Positions 35,568-48,300 of a stretch of DNA of 64,000 nt are shown in pieces. The number at the start of each line of letters is the position of its first letter. Position 1 is the first letter of the stretch. The notes beneath the pieces were generated by a model. That model had not been told where the DNA came from. It saw only the letters and a list, made by a program, of their open reading frames with translations, and ran no database searches. Source of the stretch: Flectonema sp. DT1601 (taxonomy: Eukaryota); NCBI GenBank assembly GCA_964019425.1, contig OZ025795.1, positions 992,001-1,056,000 of the forward strand. The letters are read 5' to 3'. A program made the translations under genes and the position numbers.

Positions 35568-37796
35568 TCAAACAACTAACGCTGCATTTGAAAAGCCAGG
35601 CGAGGCTAACGGCACTCTTGGAGGCTTTTGTTTCTTTGTGTTTCTTTTTTTTCTTTTTCCCGACTTGGATATCCCCGCCACAGCACAAACTATAAATCGG
35701 CCATTCGTCGACTTCGGAACAGTAAATGCAGGGTTGCTACGGGCTATAGAATATCCCGTGAAAAGAGCATCCGCGGTAGAGTACCTTTCAGTCGTCCATC
35801 GAATAATACGAAGACATTCCAGCCGAGAGGTGTCGTGTATCATATCACTTGTTTGGAGAGCATCTACAACAGGAAGTTGATAAATTGACTTGAATTTCTT
35901 AAGTACCGTTGCATCATCATGGAAGAACTGACCACTGGATGCAGAAGAGAATGCTGAAGAACGTCTTGTAGCGGTGCTGCAGTACGACAACCTGCTCAAC
36001 CTGCTGCTAGTGCGGAACAGTTCATCTTCTGGGATTCTTAGTGCTGCAACAGCTTCCAGAGACGCAGGCGTTATCCCAGCTTGGCTGGGTAATAGTTGCT
36101 CGTAATCAGAAGGATTCCAATGCATTCCGCATACAGCTATTTGATACCGCTCCTCATTAGTATGATCGTACAACCCCGACTCCACATCTGTCACGTAGGA
36201 TTTATAAAACAATTCTTTGACTTGTTGATTCCATTTAGTGTACAGTGTCATTTTCGACCAACATCTCCAAAGCAACATGCATATGCGATTATTTGCTAAT
36301 GAAAACCCGTAAAATCGCAGTCGCAGTCGCCTTCTGTTGAATTCAGACAACTTTACCCTCCCCCAAATTTTTCGTAATTCACCCGCCGCGATCCATTGCC
36401 GAAAAGTTGCCCGAACCCTGTCATTATTCTTCTTTGCAATAAGATTTTTCTTACTTATTCTAACTAGAGTATACCTCCGCAGCTCACCAAACCAACGACG
36501 CAAGAAGTTAGTTTGGCGAAGTCGAATTGCCCTGTGGAACCTAAATTGAATATTCCACGTAGCAAAAAAGGTCCGCAGATATTTCCTTCCCTCCTGTTTC
36601 ACAGCCAGTTCTTGTTGCTCGCGCTTGTGTTGTTTGCAGCTGGAGAAAACCCGCCATCTCCAGAAAGATAAAGTTTTGATGATAAATTGAAATCTAGCCA
36701 GGAATAGCATCATGTCTTTTTCTGATTTCTGCATTTTATCGTATACCACTGTCCATGACGGAAAATTAGTAAAGGATGGATCGAAATCGTTGGCTCTCCT
36801 TGCAATGATAGTCTTAACGTATCTATACCAAACTACAAACACCGATTGAAGAAGTGTAATTCTTTGGTAGCAGTGAAGTTGATGATTTAATGATAAGATT
36901 AGATGATGATATCTTCCAGAGTTACTTCGCAACATCTGAAATCCCTTTCTCAATAGCGTCCGTCTTCTGAATAATCTGTATCTATAAATAGCTCTCCAAG
37001 ATCGAAAGCAAAATTGCAACTGACTATGACTCCACGCCATCAAACTTTTATTTAGTTTCTTGTTTAGGATCCGCCCACGAGCAGCTTGCAAATTCGTGTG
37101 CAAGGCAAAACCAAATTGAAGGCCAAAATTAACCTGAATAATCGGTTGATCCAAAGGTGATGTTTGAACACTTGGGGCCGCATAACCCAAAGACATATCC
37201 GAGACATGTGAAGCAGCGGATATTAACAACTCCTGATTCCCGTCATTCAGAGTAGTAATTTTTGAAACCTGATGCTCAGCAGTAGCACCAGAAGAAGCCA
37301 TTACCAAGTCGATAATACTTACATCTGCAGCTGCATGCTGTTTATGTAGTGCTAACCCCCTGGCGCAAATATCATGGGCGGAAGAAGTTGAGCTCTCGAA
37401 AAGTTGTTTGGTTGCTTTTGACTCGACGATTGCCGCATTCACAAGATCGCTCATTTCATTTTTGTCAGTCCGGTCACCTCGCCTGGATCTATTGCCAAGT
37501 AGACATGAAATCTTTTTGCACAAATCCAGCCTATCTTTCGTTTTATGAGAGCTAACCATGTTGCTCGAAACCAATTTCCGCAGCTGGTAATCTTCCGCTA
37601 TTTTCTTCGACTTCCTTTTCTTGGCTATCCGACTGACAGTTTTCAAAACCGCTGACTCAAACATATCGCCACCGCTCTCTTTTTTGCGACGAATTCTCAC
37701 AGTGGGACGCTTTAATTCAACTCGACTTCGCTGGGGTTGGACAGTGGCTGTCCCCCAGAATTGGACGATCCCGGGTTCGGTTGATCGAACTTCCAT
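35568..37796 (-). CDS. Basic protein with Sfi1-like (centrin-binding-type) F..W repeats
   Basis: 742-aa ORF with recurring motifs CFRSWR, VFVVWY, SFWRWR, FFATWN, TFRQWI and CWSKM in an Arg/Lys-rich helical context. The C-terminus may be spliced. Confidence 0.6.
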   Translation of the reverse strand: MEVRSTEPGIVQFWGTATVQPQRSRVELKRPTVRIRRKKESGGDMFESAVLKTVSRIAKKRKSKKIAEDYQLRKLVSSNMVSSHKTKDRLDLCKKISCLLGNRSRRGDRTDKNEMSDLVNAAIVESKATKQLFESSTSSAHDICARGLALHKQHAAADVSIIDLVMASSGATAEHQVSKITTLNDGNQELLISAASHVSDMSLGYAAPSVQTSPLDQPIIQVNFGLQFGFALHTNLQAARGRILNKKLNKSLMAWSHSQLQFCFRSWRAIYRYRLFRRRTLLRKGFQMLRSNSGRYHHLILSLNHQLHCYQRITLLQSVFVVWYRYVKTIIARRANDFDPSFTNFPSWTVVYDKMQKSEKDMMLFLARFQFIIKTLSFWRWRVFSSCKQHKREQQELAVKQEGRKYLRTFFATWNIQFRFHRAIRLRQTNFLRRWFGELRRYTLVRISKKNLIAKKNNDRVRATFRQWIAAGELRKIWGRVKLSEFNRRRLRLRFYGFSLANNRICMLLWRCWSKMTLYTKWNQQVKELFYKSYVTDVESGLYDHTNEERYQIAVCGMHWNPSDYEQLLPSQAGITPASLEAVAALRIPEDELFRTSSRLSRLSYCSTATRRSSAFSSASSGQFFHDDATVLKKFKSIYQLPVVDALQTSDMIHDTSRLECLRIIRWTTERYSTADALFTGYSIARSNPAFTVPKSTNGRFIVCAVAGISKSGKRKKRNTKKQKPPRVPLASPGFSNAALVV

Positions 37797-38049
37797 TTAC
37801 ATTTAATGAAATACCCGTCTGCCTGAATAAGAATAACTACTAGAAACATACTACACGAGATTCCATTAAAATTAGGGAACTTGGTTAACAGTAAGGTGGT
37901 TAATGTGGAAACGCTGCCTGTCGTCTAGATTTTTAAAGTTCACAGACACCAGCAGCAATGTGGTATGGATCCAACCGGGTCAAACAGTTTGATCTTTTAT
38001 TTATTTATTTATTTGCTACCGATGTGTACCATGTGGACAATAAGTTAAC

Positions 38050-38349
38050 TTCAATGTCAGTTCTCGAGAGCTTAAATGAGGAATGAGACTTAGCTTTGAT
38101 TAAATCCTCTGCATTGGTGTCAACCAATTTGCTACGCGTTCTTCCCCCGACATTCTCCGGAGTCTTTCCATAAACCGAGTTGTTCAGCAGCTTGTAGAGA
38201 TCCTTGTCAAAGTCGTTTGTAGCCTTCTGACAGAAGTCGCTGTTCAATTCAATATAACTCTTCATCCAAGGACTCTGCTTGTGGCTGACAGCTCTACCCA
38301 ATACTAAACCATGATCGAGGAGGAACTTGAGGTATTCGATGTTATAAAT
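38050..38349 (-). pseudogene. Fragment of a protein-primed family B DNA polymerase (Polinton/Maverick-like)
   Basis: IYNIEYLKFLLDHGLVL...QSPWMKSYIELN....KATNDFDKDLYKLLNNSVYGKT.ENV matches the pPolB motif B region (K..NS.YGK). Confidence 0.85.
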
Positions 38350-38534
38350 TGTTCTTCAAAGCTACGAAGGACTTCCTCAGTTATCTGCCCCCTAAACTGG
38401 TCATATACTGCGAGGCCAGGGTGATCCGATTGGAGTCCCAGCTCCTGGCGTTTTTTAATAAAATATGGGACTATTGCCTTCTGAAGGTACTCAATGGTTG
38501 TTGATTCGTTGGACCACCCTCTTAGATTACTCTT
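38349..38534 (-). pseudogene. Fragment of a pogo/Tigger-type (DDE_1) transposase
   Basis: Hand translation: RGWSNESTTIEYLQKAIVPYFIKKRQELGLQSDHPGLAVYDQFRGQITEEVLRSFEEQ, resembling the DDE_1 segment around the second catalytic Asp. Confidence 0.75.
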
Positions 38535-38562
38535 CCTTAGTAAATACAGACATTTATTTTAT

Positions 38563-39086
<524 letters not shown>

Positions 39087-39173
39087 CATAGACAACCAGG
39101 GAAGATTCCAAAGCATAGGATCGAACAGCCTAAGGCTAGTGAACGATCTGATTGTTAGGTGCCCCTAAAACCC

Positions 39174-39694
39174 CTGGGCAGCAAGAAAAGTAGTTGAGTA
39201 CTTCTGGGTGTTTGGCATCACCCCCCATAGTGAGCAAGTACAACAGGTAGCATTGGTAGTCTGTTGATCCTGAGTGATCCCAGCTACAGTTTTGTTTTTC
39301 TTTCTTTTTTTTTTAAGAAGAAGATCAGGACATCCAAGCACTGCTGGATAGTTGCTGAATGCAGGGCCTGCCTGTGGCATTATAATAACAGGCTAAGTCA
39401 TTTGTAGTTCATAGTTTACCTTTGATTTTATAACTTCACACAGGTACTATGAACGATGAGAGATCCAGTGGGATCACTCAGGGTCTAGTAGAGACCACCA
39501 ATGTTGTGCGTTGATAGGCAAGGTGACCAACCTTGACATTCTTTCTTTTCTCCCCTGTTGTGACAAACACAAAATATACACACAGCTTACAGTGTGTTCT
39601 TTGTGTATGTTTTCTTCAGGTGCGAGTAGTTTTTTTTGTTCTTGCTCTTCAGGGAGGGCCTTAGCCAAAAGCTAACAGTCCAAATCTCACCTGG
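39174..39694 (-). mobile_element. Internal fragment of the hAT family found at 49943-53814 (direct repeat of 52380-52899)
   Basis: About 520 bp near-identical to 52380-52899. Both copies give the same track ORF, MPQAGPAFSNYPAVLGCPD. Confidence 0.9.
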
Positions 39695-39699
39695 TAACT

Positions 39700-40707
39700 C
39701 AACCCACTCTCACAGCCCACTCCCTTTAAATCTATCCACACCCCCCTCTGTCTTTAACGTAGAAACGGAACAGGAAAAACGTGAACTCTTGGAAAAAGAG
39801 AATCAACAACTGATCGCTGAATGTGATTTAGTGAATAGTTCTCTTCTCTCATTAGTTCAAAGAACTAACTCTCTGGAGGAAAAAAGGACGATCGAGCTGG
39901 CGCGACAAACACAAAGAGCGGACCATGCTGAAATGTTTTATTACAACTTACAACAAAGGTTCATTCTATTAAACAATGAATTAGAATCTAAGTGTAGGGA
40001 TGAAACTGGAACAAAAATTCAGCTCTATTTGTCTCAACAAGAGGTCGCAACATTGCGTGCTGGCCCCCAACTGTCTCATTTTTCCCAACAATTTTCCCCA
40101 ACACCCCCTTTTTTATTCGAATCAACGTCCACGGTAAAGAATTACCGACTCCCTCTCATCGCAACAACCCATTGCTCCTGGACTCCCAAACCCCGTCTTT
40201 CCTCTTTTTTTACCCCTCATTCTCCATTGATCACGTTCCCTTCTGAACTGTCTCAAAGTAGACTACTGGTATCGTCTTCTGCTCAAACGGAACAAGAAAA
40301 AGACAGTGCGGCGACCTCATCGATGGAAGAATCACCTATTGCGAGGCAAACCCGCGAGGCAATGGTCCGAAGGTAGACTCGATTTACTGGACAACTATTA
40401 TCAAGCGGTAAGTGACTCTCTCCAGACAAATGAGAAAGTGGCGCTGCTCTCGGAAAAACCATTGGAAGAGCAACGTCGATACTCCGAGTTGAGCTATCAA
40501 CAGAAGACTGTTCATAAAGAACAGCTGGATCAATCCATGTTGTTGACGGAGATGGCCAGTGAGCTCTCTGAGCAACTCTATTTGGCCAAAGACCAAAACA
40601 GAGCTCTCAAGTTTCAGTTACAAACTTGGGCAAATGGTTTTAACCCGCCTGAAAAGGAAGCGCAAGAAGAGAATGAGACCCCTACGCGTCCAAGGGAAAT
40701 GGTTTGA
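39700..40707 (+). pseudogene. Orphan coiled-coil coding relic (two overlapping frames)
   Basis: Track ORFs 39636-40376 and 40306-40707 are E/Q/L heptad-rich. There is no clear ATG start, and the strand is opposite to the host genes. Confidence 0.35.
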
Positions 40708-41119
40708 GCGCTTATCACAAAAAAAGCGAACTCCACCCTCAACGAACTTTCATGATCGCAGAAGAATCTTTTTAGATGACGAAAGTTCTAGTTTCTATCA
40801 TAGATGGAAGTGCCCTCCAAATTTGGAGGGCGCCTGGTGAAAATCAGCCACAAAAAATTGTAGGGCCAAAATAGGGCCAAAATAGGGCGCGTAGGGCGCT
40901 TTTTTAATTAAATTTAATATAATGCCGAGCTCATTTTGACACACCCCCTGCCCTCAGCGAGGGTCGAATCGCATCTTATTTGACTTTTCTCCGGTTCGCC
41001 CGATCAAATACGTCTCCGGGATATCAGTTTACTTGCCACCAGTAAACTTCTTTTTTTTCTCACAAGGATAACTCGTCAGCGCTACACATCACTGCTGCTA
41101 CAGCTACGACTGCATGCTA

Positions 41120-41393
41120 CTGCAACTGGAAATATTACTGCGCGGAAAAAACCGCACTAATTTTTCCACGCAGTAATATTTCCACCGCACTAATATTTCT
41201 GCTCAGAAGTGATTTTTTCTCCAGTTGCATTTTTCTGCTGGTGCCTTACACAGCAAAAAAGCAACCAATTTTTTTTCTACGACCAAGTGGAAAAAACCGC
41301 ACTAATCTTTTCTCAAAAAAACCGCACTAATTTTTCCGCGCAGTAATATTTCCCCGCAGTAATTATTCAGCGCAGTAATATTTCCAGTTGCAG
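41120..41393. mobile_element. 274-bp MITE with 24-bp TIRs and TA target duplication (Tc1/mariner/pogo type)
   Basis: TA|CTGCAACTGGAAATATTACTGCGC ... GCGCAGTAATATTTCCAGTTGCAG|TA, with internal repeats AAAAAACCGCACTAAT. Confidence 0.88.
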
Positions 41394-41693
41394 TACAAAC
41401 ATGGGCAAATGGTTTTAACCCACCCGAAAAGGAAGCGCAAGAAGAAAATGAGACCCCAAAGCGTCCGAGGGAGCGCCTATCACAAAAAAAGCGAACTCCA
41501 CCCTCAACGAATTCTCATGATCGCAGAAGAATCTTTTTAGATGACGATTGCTAAGTTCTAGTTTCTATTAGTATTAAATTATTTGTTTTATTTTGTCGAT
41601 ATGTTTATGTCTGTCCGATCATAACGTCAATCAGATTAATCGGTCCTTTCTTTTTCCTTCTTGTCAAGTGATCGCTCCACTCGTCGATCACCA

Positions 41694-42115
41694 AAACCGA
41701 TTGTATTTATATCTGTTCTTTTCTCAACGATCGGCTATACCGATCATTTTTTTTTAAAATAATTGTTTTCTTCTTCTCGACGATCAGATCCATTTGATCG
41801 ACCTTTTTTTTTTTTTTTTTCCTTTATTCCTTCCATCCCTCCCGCTCCCCTAATTTTAATAAAAACAAGATCAGCTCAGCTTGATCGTTAATCTTTTTTT
41901 TTTTTTTTTTTTTTTTTTAAACTGATTGTATTTATATCTGGTGATTTTTTTCAACGATCGGCTATGCCGATCGACCTTTAAAACAATTGTTTTCTCCTTC
42001 TCGACGATCAGATCCAATTGATCGACCTTTTCCTTTTTTCTCCCTTTATTCCTTCCATCCCTCCCGCTCCCCTATTTTTTTTAATAAAAACAAGATCAGC
42101 TCAGCTTGATCGTTA
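41694..42115. repeat. Tandem duplication of an approximately 200-bp GATC-rich unit (41694-41890 / 41919-42115)
   Basis: Shared blocks aaac.gattgtatttatatctg, tcgacgatcagatcca, ccttccatccctcccgctcccc and aaaacaagatcagctcagcttgatcgtta. Confidence 0.85.
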
Positions 42116-42907
42116 TTTTTTCTTTTTTTATTGTTGGTCCTAGTCAAGACCTTAAACTGACTAACCGGTCTTAATTTTAACTAAGTGAATGAACCCTTCC
42201 CGTTTTCCTTTTCCTTTTCCTTTTCCCTTTATTACTCTCTATCTGGTCTGTTATGTCATAAATCTCATTTAATTTTATCATTCATTTTAATTTTCACTGT
42301 TTCCCATCTACATTTTATTTTCAAATAGTTCCGGTCTGTCTTTAATTTTAAATAAGTATTAAACTAGTCCAACTGATCATGTTAACTCAATTTTTTTTTA
42401 TGTGCAAGAGATACCAACTCACAAGAGATACCAACACACATACGAGATACCAGCACTCCAGAGATACCGACACGCTAGAGATACCAAGTCACTTGAGATA
42501 CCTCCTTGTAAATTAATTCCCGGTATTTAAAATTTGAATTGGTAGTGTCAACTCTGCTTGCTGCTCTTGTTTATGTGTTGTCTCCTGAAAGTGATCTTAA
42601 CTTTAATAAATAAAAAGAATAAAAAAAAAAAAAAAAGAACAAACAATGTTATCATCGTTTTTTTTTTTATCGATCGACTATGTCGATTACTTTCTATTTT
42701 CCGTCCTGGTCAAGACGCTAAACTGATTGTTTTTTTTTTCAAAATTAATAAAAAAGAATATAAAAAAAAAAATAAAAAAAGAATAAACAATGTTATCATT
42801 GTTTTTTTTTTATCGTTCGACTTTGTCGACTAATTTCTATTTTCCATTTTTTTTCTTTAAAAATAAATAAAAAGAATTTAAAATAAAAAAAACGCATTGT
42901 TATCTTC

Positions 42908-43612
42908 TTGGAAGAGTTGATAATAAAAGCCAACAAAAGAAAAGAAAACCTCCCGCCTCCCTCTCAAACTTTTTTAAAAACAGGGGAAAATAAACCCCTA
43001 GAAAGAATTTCTAAAGAGACAGGCGAACTTTCACTAGCGAATGATTGGGTCATCCTCGACGATGTCGGTGATAACCGCCTAATTGTTCCTCTTGAAGTGT
43101 GCCATGTCTCGTCCTCTCTAAGACCAGACATTTTTATTTATTCTTTTTTTGCGAAAAGAGCACTGATTCTGGAGCTGACGTGTCCAAATGAAGATCGTTT
43201 CGAAACCTCTCATGTCTTAAAGGAAAAGAAATACCTAAAGCTAAGAGACTCGATCATCGCTAATGGCTTCGACTGTAACATTTTTACTATTGAAGTTGGC
43301 GTACGAGGAAACATCTGCATGGACCAGCTGAACATCTGGACACGTCACATCGGTTCACCTTTAGCACCAACAAAAGCTTTATTTTGTGAATGCACCAGAA
43401 TCGCCAGACAGTGCTCATATGTTCTGTTCCAGACGAGGAACCTCCCCACGTGGCATTCAAGACCACTTATGCGCAGCATTAAAGAAGAACCTGCCACTGC
43501 AAGTTTTATAAAAGATGGTAAAGAAATCTTCCCTGTGGAAGAAGTCAGAATTTCGATAAAGTGGGAAGTAACGGACTGGGAGCTTTTGGCTCCTGCCCTA
43601 TTCCCGATGTAA
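42908..43612 (+). mobile_element. 5'-truncated HERO-like non-LTR retrotransposon, restriction-like endonuclease region only
   Basis: ANDW..LDD....L.VP......LRPDIFIYS..KRALILELTCPNE.......KEKKY..L.......F......IEVGVRG is a PD-(D/E)xK RLE with HERO-like context. Confidence 0.85.
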
Positions 43613-44492
43613 ACTTTCTTTTTTTTTTTTTTTTTTTTTAACAGGCCCAAAGGGCGACAATGATGGTTGCTGACCAAGGAATAATATTCAAATGAATTTT
43701 CGTTTCAAAGAAACGAACAGAATTAAGAGAGAGGCAGAGAAAAAAGAAAAAAAAAAGAAAGAAAAGAAAAAAAAAAATATGAAGAGGAAATAATCAAACA
43801 TGAAAAAATAAAAAAAAATAAAATAAAATATAAATAAAAAACGTTGTATGAAAAAGGAAAAAAAAGAAAAAGAAAAAAAAAAGACCAGAAAAGGAAAGAG
43901 AAAATGAAAAGGTATAATATTATTGTGGGGATATGAGGATAGCAGGGAAATGCTCTTTTTTTTTTTTTTTTTTTTTTTTTTATTTATTATTTAAAAAAAA
44001 GGAAACAATCAGTTTAGTGTCTCGATCAGGACGGAAAATAGAAAGTGATCGACATAGTCGATCGATAAAAAAACAATGATGAATTTCGATAAAGTGGGAA
44101 GTAACGGACTGGGAGCTTTTGGCTCCTGCCCTATTCCCGATGTAAACTTTCTTTTTATTTTTTATTTTTTTTTAACAGGCCCAAAGGGCGACAATGATGG
44201 TTGCTGACCAAGGAATAATATTCAAATGAATTTTCGTTTCAAAGAAACGAACAGAATTAAGAGAGAGGCAGAGAAAAAAAAAAAAAAAAGAAAGAAAAGA
44301 AAAAAAAAAATATGAAGAGGAAATAATCAAACATGAAAAAAAGAAAAAAAAAAAAAATATATAAATAAAAAACGTTGTATGAAAAAGGAAAAAAAAGAAA
44401 AAAAAAAGACCAGAAAAGGAAAGAGAAAATGAAAAGGTATAATATTATTGTGGGGATATGAGGGATAGCAGGGAGATGCTCTTTTTTTTTTT

Positions 44493-44500
<8 letters not shown>
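43548..44500. repeat. Direct duplication (43548-43980 / 44081-44500) separated by one unit of the AT-rich repeat family
   Basis: Both copies start GAATTTCGATAAAGTGGGAAG and end GATAGCAGGGA.ATGCTC followed by poly-T. Confidence 0.9.
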
Positions 44501-44577
<77 letters not shown>

Positions 44578-45312
44578 CGGGAAGATAAAATGGAAACTAC
44601 TTTCTTTGTCCTTTCTCATTTTACAACAAATTTGTAAAATCTTTCTACTGACTCTGATCGTTGTCTCGTCATACAGCGACAGGGAAAACCCGCGAGCTGG
44701 GGACGACAGTCTTCTTTAGCATTTAAGCATTTTTCGACTTGAAAAGACATGACCCTTCAATTTAATGAGTTCTCATGTTTCTGGGTTTGGGATGGGGAAT
44801 GTGCACTTCTTCTCTTGATCCTTTGTTCTCATGGACCCCTTGTCTCTGTGCACAAAAGATAATTCGTCGTCTACCCAGCTTTACATTTGTCGCTGTACCA
44901 GTAAATAAAATGGGGCGAAAGAAGGGGGTGTGAGTCGTCCGTCCTTTGATCTCTGGGGCGTACGGACGTCAAGTTTTTTCGCTTGAAGGTTTTTCATCCT
45001 TTTCTTGGGTTGGGGGGCGGCCTTTGATTTTTATAATATGTGTGCGGCCTTTGGCTCCACTGGTCGGTGTTTCCTGGGGGGGGTGAAAAGCATGTTTTGG
45101 TCCGAGTTTGCCTCGTTGACCGGGGTTTTTTTTTTTTTTTTGGGGGGGGGTCTGGTTGCAGGTTGTGTCTCCTGCTTCGCGGGGGCTTTGGTCACGTTTC
45201 TAACCTCGCTCCCGCTCTTGTTCTCCCTCGTCCTCTACCATGTGTTTTGGGTTGGCTCTGGGGTCTTGGCTCTGTCTTTTCCTCGACTCTTGAGACCTCC
45301 TTCGTGGAGTCC

Positions 45313-48300
45313 CTAGCGCCTTCCCCCTTTCGACGAGAAGTCCAGGACCCTTCGCGTTGGATCCCCTTCTCTCTCCCTCATCTCTCCTTGGGTGCTTTTC
45401 TCACTCTGTGACGACGACCTTGTGACCAACTCTACTCCTGCCACACCTTGTCCGTCTCGCTCCGCCGGCTCCGGGCGTACGCCCGCGTCCGTGAACGAGG
45501 TCAGGGAGCCCGGGGGCCCGTGTGCGTACCCCATTGTGTCGGGTGTGTCTCCCTTACCTACCCGACGCAGTGTGGGTTTCCTGTTGTAACTCCGCGGCGC
45601 CTGTTCCCTCGTGGTGCCCTCCACTGGCTCCGGTTCCTTCTGCTTGCGTCTCTTCCTCTTCGCTTTCCTGCTCGGGTCTGGGGAGAGAACCTCTATCCTC
45701 TCCCTCTCTTCTCCCTTCCTGTACCTCCTCCTCGCCTGCCGTTCACCTGAGCTCGGGGTGGACTCTCCCATTTCCGCCTGCAACACCTGCGGACTTGGGT
45801 CCTCCTTTCCGGCCCCCTTTGCCCCCGTCTTTGCCTTCCGGCCTCTCGTGCGTCCCCTTCCCGTATTTGTCTTCGGCGACACACACTCCTCCCTCTCCTC
45901 CTCCATTCCCTTTCTGTACTTCGTCCTCCCTCTCGTGCTCGGTGTCGACACCGTGCCCGGCGATCTCTCTGCGTCTTCCCCGCTCCCGTCACTACCCACT
46001 GCGCGTGGTCCCATCTTCGCCCCCAAACTGGATCTCTCGGCCATTGGTTTTGTTTCGCCTGAGTTCACCAGCTTTGAAAGGGGCTCCGATTGGCCCTCCC
46101 GTCGTGTTTCCGCGTTCCCCCCTTCTGGGTGTAGTCCCAGCATCCAGGCCATCTGACCTGCGTTCCCCTCGGGCGCCGCTCCCTCTTCCCATTCCTGTTC
46201 ATCGACCGTCATGGTCATTTGGGAGTCTGACGATCCCTCCTCCTCTGTGTCTGACTCTGCCACCTGGACCACGTCCTCTGACGTCTCCTCGACGTACTGG
46301 ACTACTGACCCTTCCGTCACATTTTCTCCGTCGACTTCCATCTCCGACTGTGAGTCTTCCAGGTCCTCCAACCCCTCCACTCCGTCCATGCCGTCTGACG
46401 ACGGTGGCTCTCCTGAGTGGTGGGACGTCTCGTCCAGCTCGTCCCCCTTCTCGGCTTGCAGGTCCTCGGCCAGGTGATGGTTTTCGCCTGAGGTCTCTGC
46501 TGCCGACGGGTCTACTGACTGGTCCCTTTCGTCCGTCTGTTCTTCTGCTTCCATGTCCGACGTCCCTGGACTCCCCAAGGAGCCTCCCGACATGGAACCG
46601 TTCCCTTCGTCCTGCCCTGTCGCTGGGGAGGATGATCTATCGTCATCTCCCTCCGACCCTTCCGAGCTCAACTCCAGGACTCCCGCCTCTACCCTTTGCA
46701 CGGCCCCCTTCGGGGTTGGGACCGGGCTCTGCTCGTCTCGGCCCTCTACCCTCGCGTCTTCTCCTTCCACCGACTCTCGGCCGCCTGACGATCCCGTCCC
46801 CTCTTCTGTGTACTGGGGTTCCAGACGCAGTTGTCTTCCCTCCCACCGCACCGTGAAGGGACCCGTCTGTGTCCCGTGTCCCAGGCAGTTCTTTGCCCCC
46901 TCTGTGAAAACCTTCATCACGGCTTCCGTCACTGAGGTCGAGCCCTCCTTCGCCGCTTTTTCAGCCTCCTCCGTCGCGTGTGTTCTCATCCTCTCTGGCA
47001 TCTCCACCAGCGTCGTACGCCTCCCCATCAACTCCGCCTCCTCCAGCACCTCTCTTTGGTCCGTCGACCAGTGTGTCGTGCTTCCTCGCAGCAGCAGGGA
47101 TGCCTCCGCTGGGACGAGGCCTCCACACGCCTTGGCCGCTACCAGCCCCACCAGGGCTGCGAAGTATCGCCCCCAGTGTGTGTCTCCCGCTGGCAGGCCA
47201 GCTGACCATGTGCCCAACACCTCGAAACGGTGTGTGTCCAACCAGCTCGCCGCCGCCCCCAGACGGCCCGTTACCGGGTCTTCCTCGCATGCGTACACCA
47301 AGGTGTACCTCGTCCCTACTTCGCCAACCACCTCCCCCAGCAGGTGGGTTCGGAGGTATCCCTCCGCCTCCCCCTTGCTTGCGAAACTCTTGTGTCTCGC
47401 CGCCGCGTAGCCTGACACCATCGAGTTCGCCTCGTTCCAGCATTGGAACAGGCCTACCGCCCTGCCCCTCGCCACTGCGTACCACTTACGTGGGCTGACT
47501 CCCTCCGTGGCCCGGGTCGGTTCCCTGGTCTCCGGCTGCCACCTCTCTACAAACCTGTCCGCCTCCTTCCTGGAGGAGAAACTCTGGTGTGTCGCATTCG
47601 GGCACCCTTCCGTCTGTGCCTTCGCCTCCTCCCACGATGCATACACTCCCGGTTTCCATCCCACCGCCACCGCATACAGCTTCTCCTCCTTCGACGGGGG
47701 GTCGGGGGATGGGGGCTCTTTTTCCTCGGGTTGTCCCACTTCCTGTGCTGGCTCGTCTCTCAGCCCTACTGCTTCCGCTCCTTGTGCTTCCGTCGTCTGC
47801 GCTTCCACCTGGGCTGGCGCTTCGGCTCGTGGTCTGTCTTCGCCTGATGCCGTCGACCCTCCTGGGAGCGACTGGGATTCATCCGGTTCCGCCGCCTTTC
47901 CCCTCAATTGGGACAGCCCCAGATTCATCTCCAGCTCGATCACCAAGTAGTCGAGCCCGTCCTCCGAGAGTTCCACCGGCTCGTCCCATGCCGCCGATTC
48001 CGCTTCCCAGAGGGCCAGGTTCTCCACCCCTCGTGAGCTTTCCGTCACCTGGTGTTCTATCACCGACGGGAGCGCTACCAACTTCAGCGCCTCCTGCTGC
48101 TCGGCTCCCCACCCCTGCTGCGGTGTGACCACCTCGATCTGTGTCTCACCCCCCAGCAGTTGCGATCTCTCCCTGATCGCGTTGAGCCCTAGCAGCGCTG
48201 CCACGTACTCCGCAGTCGCTTCGTCCCATGTCGGTAGGCAGCCCGACCACGTGAACCTCCTGTCGAGCGTTCCCATGTGTATCAGGCATGCTGCCGCCCC

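Noticed and set aside
42408..42502. Mini-CRISPR
   Set aside because: An 8-bp repeat with 9-11-bp spacers is far too short for CRISPR.
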